Positions 35,976-39,730 of a stretch of DNA of 39,730 bases are shown here, piece by piece. The notes beneath the pieces were generated by a model. It had not been told where the DNA came from and did not search any database. It was given only the letters and a program-made list of their open reading frames with translations. Positions within the stretch are counted from its first letter, which is position 1. Each line of letters opens with the position of its first letter. Where the stretch lies: positions 1 to 39,730 of the forward strand of contig MU054358.1 in the NCBI GenBank assembly GCA_013239625.1. The letters run 5' to 3'. A program made the position numbers and the translations under genes. The stretch comes from Lama guanicoe (taxonomy: Eukaryota).

Positions 35976-36797
35976 GTGGGTCACAGGCCCCCACCGTGGA
36001 GCCTCTGGGAGGGAACTGCCCCAGGATTTATGTGGGGCTGTGGAATGGGTCAGGTAGCAGGGTCTGGCCCTGAGGCTGTGAGGCTAGCTGGAGGAAAGCA
36101 CCAGGACTGCTGAATAAGTGGCCCTTAGTCTGGGGCCCAGGGGTCTCACTTCCCTCCCTGAGGCCTTGGGAGCACAAGCCCTAGACCAGGATGCCCACTC
36201 TCAGGGGGCCTAGGCACACCCCTGCCCTCCAAGTGTGAGTCCTAGAACAAGGGCTGTCTTCATTAGCCCGCTCCCTCTTTTAGAAATGGAGGGTCCTGAG
36301 TCAGAGAGGGGGAGTGACTTTCTTGAGGTCACACAGAACTGCACACTTCTGCCTGTGAACCTATTTCCCTGAGATACTGGGATGAAGTGGAGGGGGCAGA
36401 AGCACTTAGCAACCATGACCTTGAGCAAGTAATATTGGCAACCTCTGAGGCCTGCAGCTCTTGGATCTGCAGAGTAGGCACTGAGGTGTGCTAAGTGAGG
36501 GAAGTAATGGCTGTGATGGCCCAGCCCTTCACAGGCTCATGCAGGGATATCCGTCACCATGGAGATGCTGCAGTGTCAGCTGCTGTGGCTGCCCTTGGTC
36601 CCCCTGCTCCACCCACCAGACCACTGTGGCCTCATCTCCAAAGGCCTTGCTCAGTTGTCCTCTGCTGTCCAGTTCTCAGTGGCAGCCTGTCATTTTGGCT
36701 AGGCCTCTGGTTGCTTGGCCTTGGTTTTCCTATCTATGAAGTGGACAGGCCCTCCCTAGTAGTGGCATCTGAGGTACTACCAGTGTCTCTGTCATAG

Positions 36798-36985
36798 GAG
36801 GCAGGGGCATCTCCACAGTGTGCGGGAAACCCAGGGTGATAGGGAATATCTATGGTGACCTGGATGTGGTGGTGGGCCAGTGGCCTTGACAAGCCAGCCT
36901 ACTATGCCAAACAAGGCTCGTATGTCTGTGGAGCCACCCTCATCAACTCCCACTGGCTGGTTTCTGCTGCCCACTGCTTTCTCAA
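36798..36985 (+). pseudogene. PRSS47: Protease exon with activation site and catalytic His
   Basis: 'tgtcatag|'...'aa|gtgagt'; GRGISTVCGKPRVIGNIYGDLDVVVGQWP*QASLLCQ then GSYVCGATLINSHWLVSAAHCFL; TGA at 36887-36889; 4-nt insertion at ~36911-36914. Confidence 0.9.
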
Positions 36986-38436
36986 GTGAGTCCTCCCTCC
37001 TAGGGTGCCAGCAGAGGTGCTGGCAGGGGAGGGGCTTGCAGGGGAAGGGGAGAACAGCGGTGATGGGCATCCCACAACAGTCTTCTGGGCTTTTCTCTGG
37101 GGCAGTCTGTGGTTTTCAAATGCATGTAATCCCTGCCTTTGACCTGTGTACCCTCCACCTGGACTATCCTCCCCACTCACCTGTCTGATCCTCCTCATGC
37201 TCTGCCTTCAGCCCTTGTACCTGTCCCCCAACACAGATGCACCCAGGAGACTGATAGTGTTGGTCTTGGCTGCCATGAGGTGTGGACCAACCTCAGACCA
37301 CAGCTTCTTCTCAGTGTCCCCACATTCCTGGGTATCAGACTCTAGGCAGGAAGTTGGAACTGTGTGTATGGCCAGCAGCTGGGCCATTCTTCTTCTTACT
37401 TGTGCAAAACTGAGTTCCCAGAAGGAGCTGTGGTCACTGGTGTGAATTGGGGGAACCCTGCTGCCAGGTTACATAAATGGGAGATAGGGCTCCCTGGGAG
37501 AGTGACACAGCTGCTCAGGTGTCTAACTTACTGTTCATCCTGGGCCTGGCTCAGTGTCCAGCTTCTGAACAGATGAAGAGGGTTCTCCAGGGAGCAGGGG
37601 CATCACAGCCCAGGTCCAGGAGCTGGAGCTTTGAGAACCTAGAGTCCTGCCAATACCTACTTTGTACCACACTCCATGCATGCTCCTCTGTGGCATTAAG
37701 GGTGGCAAGCCCCCACCTCACCATGACTCCATCCTGTCAGAAGAGAAAGCCCAACATGGGTGAGAAGGGCAGACCACATAGTGGTGGGGGAGGTCAGGAG
37801 AAGCTCTGTGCTCCAGTTGGTGTGGAGAGGGAGGGGCTTGCTGGAGGGGAGCAAGGGGGAGGGTGTCCGGATGGATGAGCTATGCATGCAACCTCAGGGA
37901 GGTGGGATGTTTCACCACTTGTATTCAGGGAACAAGGCAAGGTCCCATTTCCTGTGCTCATTTGCTCATTTAACAAATCTGTTCTAAGTGCTTATAACGT
38001 GTGGACAAGCAGCCCTTGGACAGGAAGATGTTTAAAGAAAGGAGGGGTCAGGAAAAGTGTGGGACCAGAAGGGGGGATGTAGGGAGCCTTCAGAAGGTTG
38101 ATGTTAGAGCTGGAATTGAACCAGAACTCCTTCTGTGTACAATCAAAAAGGCCTTCATTTGATGACTCCCCCTATTCCACCATCCAGCCCTAAGATTCAA
38201 TGCTCCTCCAATTCTAGTGTGTGATGGAGAAGCCATATGCTGTGGTTGTAAGTAGAATATCAATTAGCCTCAAGAAAGAAGGGCTCCTTATCATTAGAAA
38301 TGGGGAGACAAAAGCTGCCTGGCATCATGTGGGGCAGAGGGGACCAGAGGGTTGTGGGCAGTTAGATGAGGATGCAAAGAAAGAGAGATAGCCCACACTC
38401 AGATATGATGGTGAAAATACACCCTTCCTCCTCCAG

Positions 38437-38713
38437 AAAAATCTCACATCCTGGAGAACTACCGGGTTTTGTTTGGAAACACCCAAGCTGTACCAGCACA
38501 CCAGGCACACCCAGAATATATGCATGAGTTGGATTATCATGTACCCAGACTTTGACAAATTTCAACCTTTGGGAATGACATAGCCGTGTTGCAGCTGCTC
38601 TTTCCTGTGAATTTCACCTCCTATGTCATCCCCGCCTGCCTCCCAGCTGCTGACATGCAGCTACCCAGTAACACATCCTGCGATATCTGGCTGGGGGGTG
38701 TTCAATGAGGAAA
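38437..38713 (+). pseudogene. PRSS47: Protease exon with catalytic Asp
   Basis: 'ccttcctcctccag|'...'gaaa|gtaagg'; SHILENYRVLFGNTQ/LYQHTRHTQNICMSWIIMYPDFDKFQP/GNDIAVLQLLFPVNFTSYVIPACLPAADMQLPSNTSC/ISGWGVFNEE; Asp codon at 38577-38579; four frameshifts. Confidence 0.9.
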
Positions 38714-39730
38714 GTAAGGGGGCATAGGAGAGGCTGAGGGGTAGATGAGGCAGGGAGGAGGAGAAAGGGAGGAGGACAGAGGAGTCCCCAGGCAAAGTGG
38801 CCCCTGGTCCTTGGCTTGCCGTGCCTCATATCAAAAGGACTGGACTGATGTCCTAGTTGTGAAAGTGTGTGATTCTAAAGATTCAGTGTTCCCTAAGTCC
38901 AGATCTCTGAAAATTTGGAAATCTTTGACTTTTGGAATCAAGAATTGGGTTCTTGGAGTCTTTCTGACTATTGACTCTAAGGTTTTAATCAACCATGGAT
39001 GTGAGTTGACTTGGTTCAGCTCAGAAGTCTTGATTGGGGACTGGTTTGTTCCAGGCCACCGACACACTGATTTCCCGTTGCTATAGGAGGCTCTTGGGAA
39101 AAGTGGAGAGAAAGCACATTTATGACCTCTGACCTCTGAGCCTGCAGGATCAAGTTAGAATTATTATGACTTAAGAGTGTTTGACCTCCCTGAAGCCTGC
39201 TTTGCTCTTCTCCCAACCCAGGTCAGCTATCTACTTTGTAGGCTTATTAGGTGAACTGAATAATGCAGGAAAAATTTTGAGTGTTTTAAGATTGAAAAAG
39301 GAGAAATATAGGCAAAGACTTGTGAGCAAGAGTCTTTATTAAAGAGAGGACTGCTTATGGTTTGGGGAAATGCTTATGGTGCGTAATTAGGTGGAAAAAG
39401 CAAATATATATGTAATTACTTGGTACAGTGTTTCTCAGCAGAGGTCTACAGGCATTTTGGATGGACCCTATCTTCACTGGGTAGGATGTGCCTGCTAGTG
39501 TGTCAGTAACTCTCCCTGTCATAGAAGAACCATGTCCCCAGTATTCCCATACCATACATACTCACACACACACAGAAATACTCACAGAAACAGAACACAC
39601 CACACCCATATCCACAAATACACACAGAGAGACTGCTTCTTCTTTGAGAACAGGGACCTTGTCTTTCTGGTTTTAATATTCCAGTCTGTGCCCTGTACCT
39701 GGCACCTGGTAGGTGCTCTATTGCTGCACT

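Larger units (their letters stand above)
35614..38713 (+). pseudogene. PRSS47: PRSS47-like serine protease, unprocessed pseudogene, 5' portion; Ser exon not in window
   Basis: Canonical S1 intron phases; peptides align with recalled human PRSS47 (VCGKPKVVGKIYGG...GQWPWQASLL; DIAMLQLHLPMNFTSYIVPVCLP...QLPSNVSCWITGWG); one stop and about five frameshifts. Ortholog versus paralog is unresolved. Confidence 0.8.

Noticed and set aside
39140..39290. Possible next protease exon (cccag|gtcagctatct, reading QLS)
   Set aside because: Stops follow at once, no conserved Cys pattern, and the sequence resembles a decayed MIR 3' part

Overview
Mammalian genomic DNA, probably camelid (inferred from two tRNA-derived Vic-1-type SINEs). 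It is repeat-rich (L1, L2, MIR, MLT1, MER5A) and I could not identify any intact protein-coding gene; the listed ORFs look like chance or L1-derived frames. Non-repeat content: (1) CpG islands at 1-216 and ~29440-30170; (2) a disabled intron-containing PRSS47-like serine protease gene on + from ~35614, with His and Asp exons carrying a stop and several frameshifts and the Ser exon outside the window; (3) an 11-bp-periodic array of RGGTCA-like hexamers just upstream of that gene; (4) a ~910-bp GC-rich insert with a target-site duplication and A-rich tail inside an old L1ME, resembling a retrotransposed unspliced promoter/exon 1/intron 1; (5) weak evidence of fossil + strand exons at 3.2-11.1 kb with RGS-like peptides. 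Repeat subfamily names and protein similarities come from recalled consensus sequences, not searches, and most repeat boundaries are approximate.
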